Shown here piece after piece: positions 1 to 18,200 of a DNA stretch of 64,000 bases. The stretch is from positions 18,476,001 to 18,540,000 of the forward strand of contig OZ316775.1 in assembly GCA_973851085.1 (NCBI GenBank), written 5' to 3'. Each line of letters starts with the position of its first letter. The stretch's first letter is position 1. The stretch is from Ptychomitrium polyphyllum. Its lineage: Eukaryota. The notes below the pieces were generated by a model that did not search any database, was not told where the DNA came from, and was given only the letters and a program-made list of their open reading frames with translations. Position numbers and translations under genes: made by a program.

Positions 1-359
1 CTCTACTTAGTGTAGCAGATGCATTATTGCTGAAGCAGTTTGATGTTGAGCAAATGTACATTGTCCTGAAACTGGGTTTGCTTTGCTCGCACCCGGACCC
101 TTCTTCTCGTCCTACTATGCGACAGGTAGTACAGGTGTTGGCTGGGGATGCAGAATTTCCTGATGTGCCGGAGTCAAAGCCAAAGGTACACATGGGATCA
201 GAGAGGTCTCCGCTGTCTGTAGTCGATCTACGGAGCTCCAGATCCAGTACACAAAGTTCAAAATCAGGTAGCAAGCACCCTGTATCATTAACCTCCATGT
301 CTGCGTCTGTACCTCTCTCCAACTCAATTAGTTTTGGTACGGCATTGTATCCTAGATAA
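1..359 (+). CDS. 3' end (partial, begins before window) of a receptor-like Ser/Thr kinase, L-type lectin RLK-like
   Basis: Open frame from position 3: LLSVADALLLKQFDVEQMYIVLKLGLLCSHPDPSSRPTMRQVVQVL. 'LKLGLLCSHP...RPTMRQVVQ' is the kinase subdomain XI typical of LecRKs. A Ser-rich tail follows, with TAA at 357-359. Confidence 0.85.
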   Translation, partial: LLSVADALLLKQFDVEQMYIVLKLGLLCSHPDPSSRPTMRQVVQVLAGDAEFPDVPESKPKVHMGSERSPLSVVDLRSSRSSTQSSKSGSKHPVSLTSMSASVPLSNSISFGTALYPR

Positions 360-2113
360 CGTATACCGGAATCTTTCCAAGCGTGGGCCCATCTCCCATT
401 TACAGGTGTGGAGCTTGTTCTTGTGAAATGTAACCTATTGTTTTAGTAGTTCATTTGTAATGTGAATCGTTTGCTTCGTATTTTGTGGAATGATTTAGAG
501 GCTTTTCCAACTGAAACAGTATGGTTTCTAGACTCGTTACTGTAGAGTTTGCTCTGTTTCTAGAGCTCCTTAGGGTTTGCATTTTAAGGTGAAACAAATC
601 AAGCACTTGCCAGTTTTGTAGGAATACGTCTGCTGTGGCCGGAAGTGGCTGTCAAGTTTCGATGGCACAGTTTCAGAATAATCGTATACAGGCTAGTGCT
701 TTCAAGCTTGGGACAGATTAACATGTGACATTACTAAAGATAGAACATAGTTTTTATCTCTGGTATTCTTGTTTTTATGAAAGATCCTGACTATGGATAA
801 TTTAGAATAGAGGTACTGAGTCATTTGCTGAGAATCCAGTAGGGTCATGGTTGGATATACGTTCTGTTCTCCCCTGGCTTAAATCCTTGGTCTCATTCTT
901 CTTGTTTCAAATTGTGCTCTGTTGTGCATTCGATTGTTAAACCTTTATAACGGTTTTTCACTGAAGGTCTGATTTATTCTGTTGAAGGTTGAGGTTCCTG
1001 TTTGAATTTGGGCTTAGCAAGACTCCCTGAAGGCAAAGCTGAACGAGGATTTTATTGGTTAGGATTGAAGTTAGTTGCAAAATACTTAGCAGGTACAATT
1101 CGATTCACCAGTTGCTAGAAAAATTCAGCTCAGGACCAATTTATTCTGGGAATTCTAGGAATTATAAGTTTTAGAATGTCTAACAGGCACTATTTGACGT
1201 CTGACCCCAGATTATGCCAAGTTGAGATGAATCAGTCCTTCGTAGTGCCATGTACACTACCTCATTTCATATTGCGTTTTCAAATAAGACTGCGAACAGT
1301 CAGTTGTATCGTCTGAGTGGAGGCATGTCGATGCAGTAATCCTATATACAAAGCCCTTGTTGAAGCCATAAATTCAGCAGAGCCATACCCTACAATAAAA
1401 TGATTGTACACTACTTAAGTTTGTGGAGTACTCATGACACAGCAAGATTTTATTACAATTAACACATGAATGCAAGTGGCAATAAGTAACGTCAGCCATG
1501 TAGCGATCTCAAAGACTTGGAACCCATCCATCATTGCGTTCACAGCATGATGCGACCATATTCCATTTATATTTCAGAGGTAGAAATTTCTTCTCTTTAT
1601 TGGATTCAAATAGCAAATGATTCTAATCAATTTTCACTTCCAAATCTGGGTTTCACCTATACATGACCATCACTATGGTGTCGACGCCTACACATGTACT
1701 CGAACAGAGCGGAAAATCATACTTCTCGTCGTTGTGTTTGTTCTTCATGAACAGGACTTGAGGAAGTACACTCTACGACTTGAGAGAGTACGATATCGAG
1801 TTTTTTTCACCTTGAACGCAACTGTTTCATCCGTTGAATCGTATTTCAACACAATGAAATGAAAATCCTCTCCCACGCTGCCTTCGCCCTGCAAAGGACA
1901 ATTATTTTAGTAGGACAATTAACAGGAGCAGCTGCAAGGAAACATCAATCTACAGACTACACCATTGAACGGATGATATTCAAACGGATTTTGGTAGAAA
2001 TGCAGGTCGCGAGGAAAGAGGAAATTACCGAGTATGAAAGCTCCTGATAGGAATGCCGAATCTGCATCTGTCAGAGACACATAGAGGCAGCTGCATGGCT
2101 ACTATTTTTAAAT

Positions 2114-5100
2114 TTATGCTCCGTAACGCTTCAAGACCTTGCTAAGCTCCGGCATCACATTGTAAGCCATGTATGACCTTCTCAACTCGATTATTGAACC
2201 CACCTAACATACAAATCATCAAAAATATTAGAATATATTTCATTAAAAGAAGTGGTCTCGCGCATTTCTTTTAGAGTAGGATGCTCTCTGCCAAAAAGAC
2301 ACGGATTTTGTTTTTAGAATGCCGATGCCCCACCTCCAAAAATTCTAGGATCCAATAGCACAATTGCATTTACTGCATATCATAACGAGGAAAACAAAAT
2401 AAACAAAAGGATAGAATACAGGACAAAGGCAGACTCACAATAATTAGCATGGATGTAAAACCAATACTGCCACCTTGGTGTAGAGCTCTGAATCTATTGT
2501 CTACTATTGTTGATACTGTCACCAACATCGCCAACAAGATACCTCCTGCCACAACAAGGAAAACAAGCACCAGATTCCTGTAACACTGCTAGAGACTTAT
2601 TCTCCACACAACTTATTTGCAGCTATCATACTAGCTAATTCCTAACCCCTAACAGTGAAGCTGTCTGAAGCCAGCATAGTGGGAGTAAGGTAGCACAACC
2701 GAGAAACTTCAGGGAGAGATATGACGTAATATCATGTACAAAGAACAGTAAGAGAATCTCACCCCAAAAACGTGTCGATTGTTGGACTTCAGTCAAGTAC
2801 TTAATCGTTTGACGACCAGGCTTTACCTTAGGAACTCTTGCGCCAATCTTCATCAAGTATTCAGTGATTTCCTTTGGCGTATCCACCTACAAGGATAGAA
2901 ACCAAAGAATAAGTTTCTCTATTATGAACTCCCGCGTCCCATGCTCACATTACAGGCGTGCTCCACATCGTTTAAAAGCACTTAGAAAACAGCATACACA
3001 CCAAAAATAAGAAAGCATGCTCTGTTTGCAGGAGATACACTAAAACCTTATTCTAAACCAGGTCTCAACAGCGCCTTCCGTTAACATATGAAGGTACACA
3101 GCGAACGATAGAGCAGAGGACAACTTTAAGATAGCGCATAGATATAATGACCAGTAATTCACCATAGACTTATGAAACTGCAATATAATACTGACTCTAA
3201 GACGTAGTTCCAATTAAGATATGTTTAAATTCTACTAATGTTTCCTTAGGGTCAAACAATAAAATGACGCAGAAAGATTTACTTACGATATCTAAGATGT
3301 TGAATATAAATATACACAAGGCATTAACTGAATAGAAGACTAAAGGACTTGCTCCAGGGGCAGGAGGCCATGCTGGATTTAATATGGTCCTCAGTTGGTG
3401 CCAAAAACCTCCAGAACGAGTAAAGCTGTCAAAACCATTTGCCAATGGTGAGCCATAGCAATTACAAATGAGTTAGAAGTAATTAGACTGAATGGATTTG
3501 TTTAAGATCATAGATGAACTGCCAGGTCAGAGGTGCTCGTACTTGGCAACAAGCGACGGTACTGCCATAAGATATGTAGTTGTAAGCACAGGTTGCATTC
3601 CAGTAGGATTGATGTTAAAAGGAATATACGGCTCCACTTCTTGCAACCCTACATCTGCCTTGCTGTAAATGGAAACAGCACCCATACCAGCAATCAATGA
3701 AGTGTACCGCAGCGAATCAGTCTCTAGCTGTTTGGCCGTGTATAACTACATCGTACAGTTGTGCTCAATGACACAAAAGATATAGACCAGCAGCAAGACT
3801 ACTTTTGCTTATCATGAATTCAGATCAACAAAAAAACGGAAAATGAAAAGCCAGAGAAACATCCACTAATTTTACACGTTAAATAGCACATATCCACACT
3901 TATCCGGACAAAAAGAATCAGGGATAAGACATACACTTTTGTGGGAGCTAACTCAAAATTGTAGTACACCATTTTAATTTTGCGACGGCCTTCCGTAACA
4001 AGCACTGCCCACATGGTGATGACGAGGAAAACACCCAGGAAAACAAAAATCGAGGGACCCCAACCAGTGGAACCACCTGCAGTTCATAAAATGGGATTCA
4101 GCCACCAAACTCATCCACATTATACAACAAACAGCCCCAACATAACGATCAAGTGAAATGAGTACGATATCAACAGTAAAATCAAACTTCAACTTAATCG
4201 ATCTTCAATAACCCACGCACTGCCTTGTAGACTAGTGACACTCATAAACATGGGTGTGTGGGCACCTACGTTGGAGATTCATAAGCATCTTAAGCAAAGT
4301 CTCAGAATAGCCCTTCAGAATGCCAATACATATGATAAGTGAAGATCCTTGACCTGAAGAAGAAAACAGAGCCGAGTTGTGGGATGCTGCATCACAAAAT
4401 GCTTGAAAATAATTTGCGTAACAGAAAAGCCAGAAACTGATATGTCATTGATATTGCTCAAATGCCCTCTCGAACAATATTCACAAGGCTCAACTACAAC
4501 TTTGAGATCACAAGGACTTACCAAATCCAGCTTCTGTTATTTTGTCGCAAATCCAATTTAACGACACAGCACCAAACGTAAGAAGACCAGCAGTCACAAC
4601 CAGATAACTAAATCTGAACAGATAATCCACAAGTCGAACTCAATATTATGCCGACTAATGAACACTAAATGAAGAGGAACTATGCGAAGTACATAATATG
4701 GTGTACGACAACAACTCAATTGAGGTACATAGAACTATGCAAAGCATATACCCATTCAACAATGATCCAGAAGCACAACCCAAAACTCTGAAATATATTG
4801 GTTGTTTACCAGCGATCTATAAGTCAGACCGCTACGGAGGTGCGAACTTCGCACACAATAATTTTGAGCGACCATACTTATGACATACATAATGACAATG
4901 TTCAGACTTGTAGAAGCTAGAATAAGTAAAACTATACTATACCTGTTATGAGCAGCATAAACAGAATAAGGTATGGAATGTATAGCTATTCCCAGTGATT
5001 CCACAACTGCAACTCCGAACGCTAACCACCAACTGTACCAGCACAAAACCCCCGTCAGTTGACGGAGCAAATTGCTAAAGACAATCAGCCATTTCAGTGT

Positions 5101-7139
5101 CCTTCCTATCGTTACACGGACTTCACGCTGGTCAGTGCTTGTGAAATTACTTAAGAATTGAGCATGCTCTTAAAATAGGCTTGCAAACTGAAAGGTTGAG
5201 CTAAGAACAGAAAAGATGGATTCTCTATTGTATGCAGGGTTTTCTCTTCAATCTTGAAAGAGACAGAAAGGAGAAAGAGAGGGTAAGGTACAAACGTGTA
5301 TTTCTTGATTTTCTCACTTCCGTCGATACCTTCCTTCCGAAGCTTCACAAGTGCTGGAACAAGGTGACAGGACACCTGAGCACAAAAACTTAAAAAGTCA
5401 GAGGAGTCAAAATCATAATGCGTTCTCAAAAAGGAAACTCTCTTCTACGATCAAAATTATTGAATCGTCCAAGAAAGATCATTTTAACAGAAACCTGCCA
5501 ACAGAGATCCCACATATTTAAATCTCTTAAGAAAGCTACATACCTGCATAACAATTGAGGACAATATGTAGGGACTGATACCCAGTTGGAACACAGACAG
5601 CTTCAAATCTGAAACAGCGTCTCCAAGCTCCTCTGTTTTGCCAAAGTGCACAATGCAGATTAATCGGGATGCAAAACAGTAAAGTTCATCTTGACGTTCT
5701 ATTCTTCAAAAGCCAGTAACTCTGCTCAGAAAACAACAGCAAACACCCTCTGCATCAAAGTAAAGCCCGCTTTACACAAGGAGTCAAGGCTGTTTCCATT
5801 CCAAAGAGATTCTAAATCCATTCCTCCCACTCGTGGAGAAACTGGAAACAGCTCAAGGATTTTCGAGTAAGAAGCCAAGGCCATTCTCTAAAAATTGTAT
5901 TCTAACGAGCTAATAGTAAATCTAATGCGCCATTTTGAGGTCTGACATGGCCTCAGGTTGAAGAATTCGATCCTCCAAGAATGAAGCCCAACTCTATCCC
6001 TTGAGGCCAATGTCAGGGCCGTTTCCTTCTCGGTCTCAAGCATAACATTCTTTGATGCATGACCCTCCACCACTATGCACCTCTACTGTACCACGACTAA
6101 AATAGATGTTCTAGATACACAATGCTTAGCAAAATTTAGCACTTAAAGAGAAAGTGGAGTACTGTCTTAGAATTGTTCATCATAGTGCAGGGTCATCCGG
6201 CTAAAGAATGTCATGAGACTATATTTGCTGCAAGATAGACTCAGCTTTGATGGCCTCGACTCCTTGGGTAAAGCGACCCTAACTATGCACACTTTGCTTA
6301 GAAGCCAACAGCAAACATCCTTCGCATCAACGTAAAATGTCCATGGCCAGAGCCGAAAGGATTAGATAGTTGCTGCCAATATGAAATCCTTGAAATTCTG
6401 ATGAGCACAAGTCAAAGGTAACATTACTGTCTGGTTAGTAAATGAGCGATTTCGAGTAAGAAACCGCAAGATTCTCACCCACAGCACCAGACACGAAGCC
6501 CAAATAATCTCCAGGCATAGAACGTCGATCGAAACCCGGCAGAGGAATGAAATACCCCGCCCGGCTGGCCATGAGGAGAACAATCGTCACAAATACGCGC
6601 CTTCGAATCTCACTCTTGAATACGCCCTCTGCCGCCGCGGCAATGTTGGATCGCAGCTTCACCAGTCCCAGAAACCGATTCCGAAACCGCCTTCGCGACC
6701 CCACATCGGACATAACCGAATCCTCTTCGTGCAATGCAGACACTGAGAGCTCGTCTCCAATCGCGGTCCCTTTTCTCAACCCATCTTCTTCCCCTTCTAA
6801 ATCACTTCGCTCACGAACCTGCTGCGAGAATCTCACATCCTGGTCCCCTTCACTCCTCGACGCCCTCATACAGAATGGCCTTCTCCCACAAGAGGATCCA
6901 CGGAATGGGACTCCATTCTTACACCCACCTCGAATAGGCCCCGCCACAACCCCTCTCAAACGAAAAATTCCCTGTCTGACTAACAACCTCGTCCCCCCTC
7001 CAACCTCAGCCCTAATTGCACCAACTCTCGTTGGTGAATTCAGAAAGTTAAAGCTACGGGGGAACGAAGCAAAACTTCGACTCGCATTCGCAACACCCAT
7101 CGCATCCACACAAAGCGCAGGAGCTGCACATATCGCCAT
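2114..7139 (-). CDS. SCY2: Plastid preprotein translocase subunit SecY2 (SCY2), about 12 coding exons
   Basis: GT-AG exons at approx 7139-6479, 5632-5545, 5375-5296, 5033-4944, 4611-4520, 4352-4265, 4076-3936, 3663-3543, 3427-3287, 2886-2763, 2545-2439, 2203-2114. They encode SecY motifs RAGYFIPLPGFD, LSVFQLGISPYILSSIVMQ, WICDKITEAGFGQGSSLII, EPYIPFNINPTGMQPVL, PKEITEYLMKIGARVPKVKPG, GFTSMLIIVGSIIELRRSY...KRYGA*. The N-terminus from ATG 7139 is transit-peptide-like. Confidence 0.93.
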
Positions 7140-7370
7140 CTTCGAAGAACCCACCACCAACTGCAAGTCACTCTCTAGACTTCCGCGAATTGAATGAATT
7201 GCAAAACTGGAACACACTTCACCATGGATTCTCATCAGTCTCCAGACCGCTCCATTCGCTCCATCGTTCGCTCGCTCCGCAAGCCCAAACCCATCCAGAA
7301 AGCTCCAACACCATAGCTCAACCGCTCTCCGCAATTCCAAGAATTCCCAAAATCCTAACACTCAAACACC

Positions 7371-7534
7371 AAACCCTAACATTATGTCTGCCATCGGAAT
7401 CACTATGCTTAAAACCAGATGAAGATAAAAGGACGGGTCCTCTGTATCTAGCTTTAATGACTCTCGTCGAACTCATTCCCTTGAAAGAGATGAACTCTGT
7501 TAACTAGAATGGAGCCTTAAACCTTAAACCCTAA
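7371..7534. promoter_or_regulatory. Compact divergent promoter region with two telo-boxes (AAACCCTAA at 7371-7379 and 7526-7534)
   Basis: Exact AAACCCTAA motifs lie between the head-to-head SCY2 and CDC48C genes. A probable CDC48C 5'UTR intron runs 7681(GT)-8112(AG). Confidence 0.5.
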
Positions 7535-8191
7535 ATCTTCACTTGTAGCTGTAAGTCAGTGCTGTTTCCGTTTCAGGATCCTTGTTGTTTTCTAAGCATT
7601 CTTCGATCATGACCAGAGTTACATTGCGGTTCACCGCAGCTTTCGTGAACCTTCTCTGATGCTAGCTGCAGTTACTGCTGGTATGTTGTGATGATTTTGG
7701 AATGAAGTGGTTGTTTTGTTCATGTGGAATTGTTTTCAGATGGGGCAACGACCAGTGGGTGCGCCGAAGGGGGCCGAAGATTCATGTGCATCTTGGGTGC
7801 ATCTGGATGCAGTAGTTCGTTGTTTCTCATGGCTTTGGTTCGTTGAGATTGTTCAGTGCTATGGATTAGATCTAAAAGATGTTGTGCAATCACTTGAGGA
7901 TTGTGTGATTCTTCTTCAATGTTTGGTTTTCAATGGACGTTAGGTAGCTAGTTTTTTCCTCAACCTGAAGAGAACAGGATTGGAGTAGTTCTTGTGTGTC
8001 TTTGAAGGAGAGAAAAGCCAGTTTTTTTCTACCAAATTCGATCAATCTGCTTGTTGTATGATTTTAAGACTTGTTCTTTGGTTTGGTGGCTTGAATTGCA
8101 CGTCGTGAACAGGCTGGAGCGAGGGGCGGTGACCATAAGAGGTCGTAGATGCAGTTAAGGCCAGGGGAGAGTTGGGAGAAGAGAGGGCGGG

Positions 8192-13549
<5,358 letters not shown>

Positions 13550-15202
13550 TCATGACAATTTTCAATGATAGAAACGGAAATGCATGTGCTTATAAAGAAT
13601 TATAGGAGTTGAGGATGATGAGAATACTATCATTTTGACCATGCTTAGAGTCTGAGATTGATGAAGGCAAATTCCTTTCTATCTTAACCTGATTTACCCA
13701 ATTTCGGCCCCTTTCCCCTCAATTGCTAATCAAATTGAATGTTTTGAGACTGTTTTCAGAAATTCATCTTCATGCCATCAAAAGTCACATTGGCTTTCTG
13801 GAGGTCTCTGAATTTTATTCTAGTTCATAGTTTCCATCCGAGATATGCGATGTTAAAGCTGACTCGAAGAGAGTACTTGAAGCTGAGAATGTTTGTGGAT
13901 GAAAGATTGACTTATAGGCCAGAACATGCATCAAGATTATAGGCTTTATGTAATTAAGTTATTTTCGTTGCTCATTTTTGGAAAAAGCAGACGCTTGATT
14001 GTGTTTTTGACGTTTTGGATTTAGAGTCCTTGAAAAGTCGAAATGTTGTTTTGGCCAGTTATGACTGAAGCATCTTTGCATTTTTAACTCGCATGGAATG
14101 ATAAAAGTGGTTAAATGTGTGGAGCCAGAATAACAGTTGAAATGTCCTAAAGAAAGATTAATTTCTTAATCATCACACAGTTACAAATTGTAAGATAATA
14201 AAGCATGTACCTAATGGTGGATGCCATTCAGTAGAGGATAAGATGCACCCTGTACTAAGGATATCTTTGCTACAGTATGCTTCAAAGTTCAGGCTACAGT
14301 TGCCTACATAAATGTATGGACAGATTTAAAATCCTGAAAGTTTACCAATCACTATGTACCGACTATGTAACAAATATGTTATGTGTATATGAAAGAAGAT
14401 CAAATATTTTTAACAAGAAAAATGGTATAAATATAAATGTAAAATTTTATAACATGTAAGTTGTATTTAAAATGAAACCTTGAAAAGTGTTTACAAGTAT
14501 GAAATGTCATACATGCATGACAACCAAACAAAGAGATGGATAGTGATGAACTATTTCAGGTGATAGAGACATGCTCCTTTTAGGATACACTCTATGATTT
14601 AATAGAATCTAAATATACCATACGAATCTGTATCCCTAATTTGAAGAGATGAAGATCATCGGGATTTTAGACACTTGAAGTAAACGAAGTGACTAATCAC
14701 AAATGAATCTGGAGTTGAGGGGGTACTGATGACATAGAAACTTCTTTTGACGGATGCCATGTGCTCACACAAACCTCTGACCACTCAGAGCGCCCTGTCA
14801 TAGGGTTCAAGCACACAGTAGTACAATAGCATCAAAAGGGAGCATCATCAGGGTAATTAAGATTGTTGGTGCAACACTTTTGTAAAATACTGTAAAATAC
14901 TGTTCAGTCCACAATAGTTCTCAAACGAAAATGAAGTTGAGTCTAAAGTTTGCTTTTCCTGCCATTGAGATGATGGAAGAATCCAATCTAAAAAAAGAAA
15001 AGTTGTCTATGGGTTTCATGTCTGGTTAATTTTATAACCTTCAAACTATTGAGTGGTGATATTTCTTTTGTAACCATCTGAATTTTGGTAGCACTGGATT
15101 TGCTTGGCAATGATGTCTTCAGGAGAGTTTTGGTGAGTGAGATGGGTTGTACTTTACAGGCAAAAATCCAGTCCCCGTCCAGTTCTATTCACCAGCTATA
15201 GA

Positions 15203-18200
15203 ATGGCCACAGCAGGGGCTGTTTTAGGAGTTATTAGGGCATCTCGTCCAATCTTACGCACTGCAATTGAGCGGGTGGCTTTTGCTGTTCATGCGGCTTT
15301 TCTTGCTACTGGCTACTCATTGGTTGCTGTGGGAGCAGCTGCTAATGCAGATACACATGGTACGTCAAAATCTTTCCCTTGGAAAACCATGGAGAGGTGT
15401 CCTCCAAGTCCTTCATTCAAACAATGGTTAAGTACATATTTAAGTCCACCCCTTCCAACAGCCTCTCTAAAGGGAATAATTCCATCACCAGGAGGTACAA
15501 TTTTATTGAAAATTTGTTCAACTAAAAATTGAGGGAGTGTGTACGTCAAAACATCAAACTAAACTTACACCTTCAAGCATTCATTGCCACATGCGCTCAC
15601 TCTCATATATTGTTACATATCCTACATTCTAAAGCGAAAGTGAATTAAAGTTATTTTTTAATCCTTTTTTAAAAAATTATTTAAAAGTTTGGATAAAAAA
15701 TCTATTTAGAGAAAATTCCAAATGTTAAAGAATACAATGCCTCTCTAAGGCTATTTTAATGGCAATGCAATAAGCATACAACTGTTCATTTACAGATATA
15801 TTTGCAGAATGTAAAACACATTCTAAATATTTATGTGAACAGCTCCAATGCAAAGTCAGCATTACACCTCATTCTACAGGCTGATTGTGATTGAAACTGC
15901 AGCTGATTTGACTGAGGAACCTGAGGTGGGATTTGAAGGATGGAACACATTGGAAGGAGCATACGCCTTTAGGTATATTGGAGACGCGCAATCTGACTTG
16001 TGCACGTCAGTCACTCTGAAGATTGTTGTCATGGCTGATTCTCTCATGGTTGATGTTGCTCCAACAGGATCAGAAATTTTGCATCACCTGGAAATTAGGT
16101 CAGTTGTGCTTCACATAGCACTGCAGTGTTTTTGCTTTACATATAAGGTTGGAAAAGCCAACAGGTTTTCTGACAACATAGAAATATGATGGATATCATA
16201 AAATTTATTGAAGAACAGGGGAAGTGATTTTGCAAAAGATGGAGATGGAGCTGGAAATTATGCTCAGCAGTTTATCAGTTTAGATGGTTTGCTCAAACAA
16301 ATCAACAATACCGTACTGTCTAAATTATCTCCGCCAAAAACAACCACAACTACTAACCTTACTGCCAGTCCTTCAACTTCTTTGTATGTCTCTTCCTACT
16401 TCTGTATAACCCTAAAAGTGTATCATTCAGCTAAATTATAAGTAAACCATATATGACAAATGATTCAATAAAATATATTGTGATTCTAACAAATCTAAAA
16501 AGTAAATTAGTCTCTAGTAAATTGGAAATGAAACTGTTTATTGATATTTTGGATATTTTCATACATTGATTTTTCTTAGGCTAAATAAATAACATGTGAA
16601 ATGTTCAATGATAGAACTAGGCAAAATGAACACATAAGTGACACAAGACGCTCATCTGTACCTCCACTTCTATATGATACTCGACGGTCAATTAGTAATC
16701 CTGGGTTAGTTGAATTACTAAACCATTACATCCTTTCAGGCTTTCTTTTTTTAATAATTATTTGTGTTTATAATAGTAGATCTTCTAGAAACTTAAAATT
16801 GTAGTTTTCTATTTGCATCAAAATCTCATCAAAACATCTAACAACTTAAGAATAAGCATTGGAGTTAAACCAAATTAAAAGATTTCATTAACATATCTCC
16901 TTAAGTTCAAAGCCAATTTCTTTTTAATACTCATGCAAACAAAAAAAGTCTCTTGCCAACCATAAATAAAGAGAACAATAACAATTTATTTTTTTTAAAT
17001 CGTTCACAAGTATTTGCAAATTATCAAACGTAAGAAAATGTTTCTATTATTTTTTAAATTACACACTTTGGAAGTCACACAGTTACTCATGGATAGTTAA
17101 ACATCCATATGGCTACTATAGTACACATTTGGATTGAACAATTAGAGTATGCTGCTGCCAAAGTGAGTAGTTGCTAGAGATCCAGAACCTGAAGACATTT
17201 ATCTTCAAAGAAATTCAGCATAAGCTTCGTTATGATCAGAGTCCATATTTAAATAATTTTAGTGGTGTTGCAACAATTTTCTCAGAAAAAAAGAGTTTTA
17301 CCTCACTTGCTGTCATTTGGGTCACTAAAGATTTTGAGATCCCATTTTATATAAGTGTTATTTTTTTTTTGGTGACACTGTAAAATGATTATTCTTGTTT
17401 TTTTGGGTTTGTATTGTTAATGACTTTTCAAAACTGATTATTTCAGATGCATATTAAGTAACAAAATAACGAAATCTCAAAAACATAACATCTTTGATGT
17501 TTTCAAGGATTTGTATAAAAAACTAAGTTGTTTTACTTGATTTTATCCTTTTTGATGTAAAATTATTAAAATGCAACAAGATAATAATTTAATGAATCCA
17601 CCTTGTGTATTTGCTTTGGTTTTTAAGAAAGAGAATTTTTAACAATTTAATGAAGTGTAAACTACCCATATCAACTAATTGCATCTCTATGAATTTAGCA
17701 TTTCAATCAAATCAAGCATCAAAGTTATACAACATAAGATATAGACATTGCAAGATGAATAGAGTTCATTCTATATTTCTTCTAATATTTTTCATCATTT
17801 TCTAAAAATAAGTGCATTTTACACATGTATGGATTGCATCTTTTTGTTATTAATTGCATATACCAATGCAGATTCAAAATTGTAGTCCATGCAATACTTG
17901 AAATTGTTGATTTGTAATGAACAATGAATAATGAAACACAACTTACAAATTCCAAAAGACTAACAAACAATGCAAACTCAATTTGTACCAATTGAGTTTG
18001 TAGATGAGTTTTTCATTGTCTTTAATTTTTTGAACTTTACATATCAATTCATAGAGGTGCGATTAGTTGGCATGGGTAGTTTACACTTTATTAAATTGTT
18101 AAAAATCTCTTTTTAAGAAAGCCAAAGCAAAAAAAACAAGGTGAATTCATTAAACAATTGCTTCAATAAATAGAAAAATTAATATATAAATATGAAAAGT

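Noticed and set aside
6547..7197. 216-aa plus-strand ORF, and the TTG-started extension of the SCY2 ORF to 7361
   Set aside because: The plus ORF is an antisense shadow of SCY2 exon 1. The extension is more simply 5'UTR upstream of ATG 7139.
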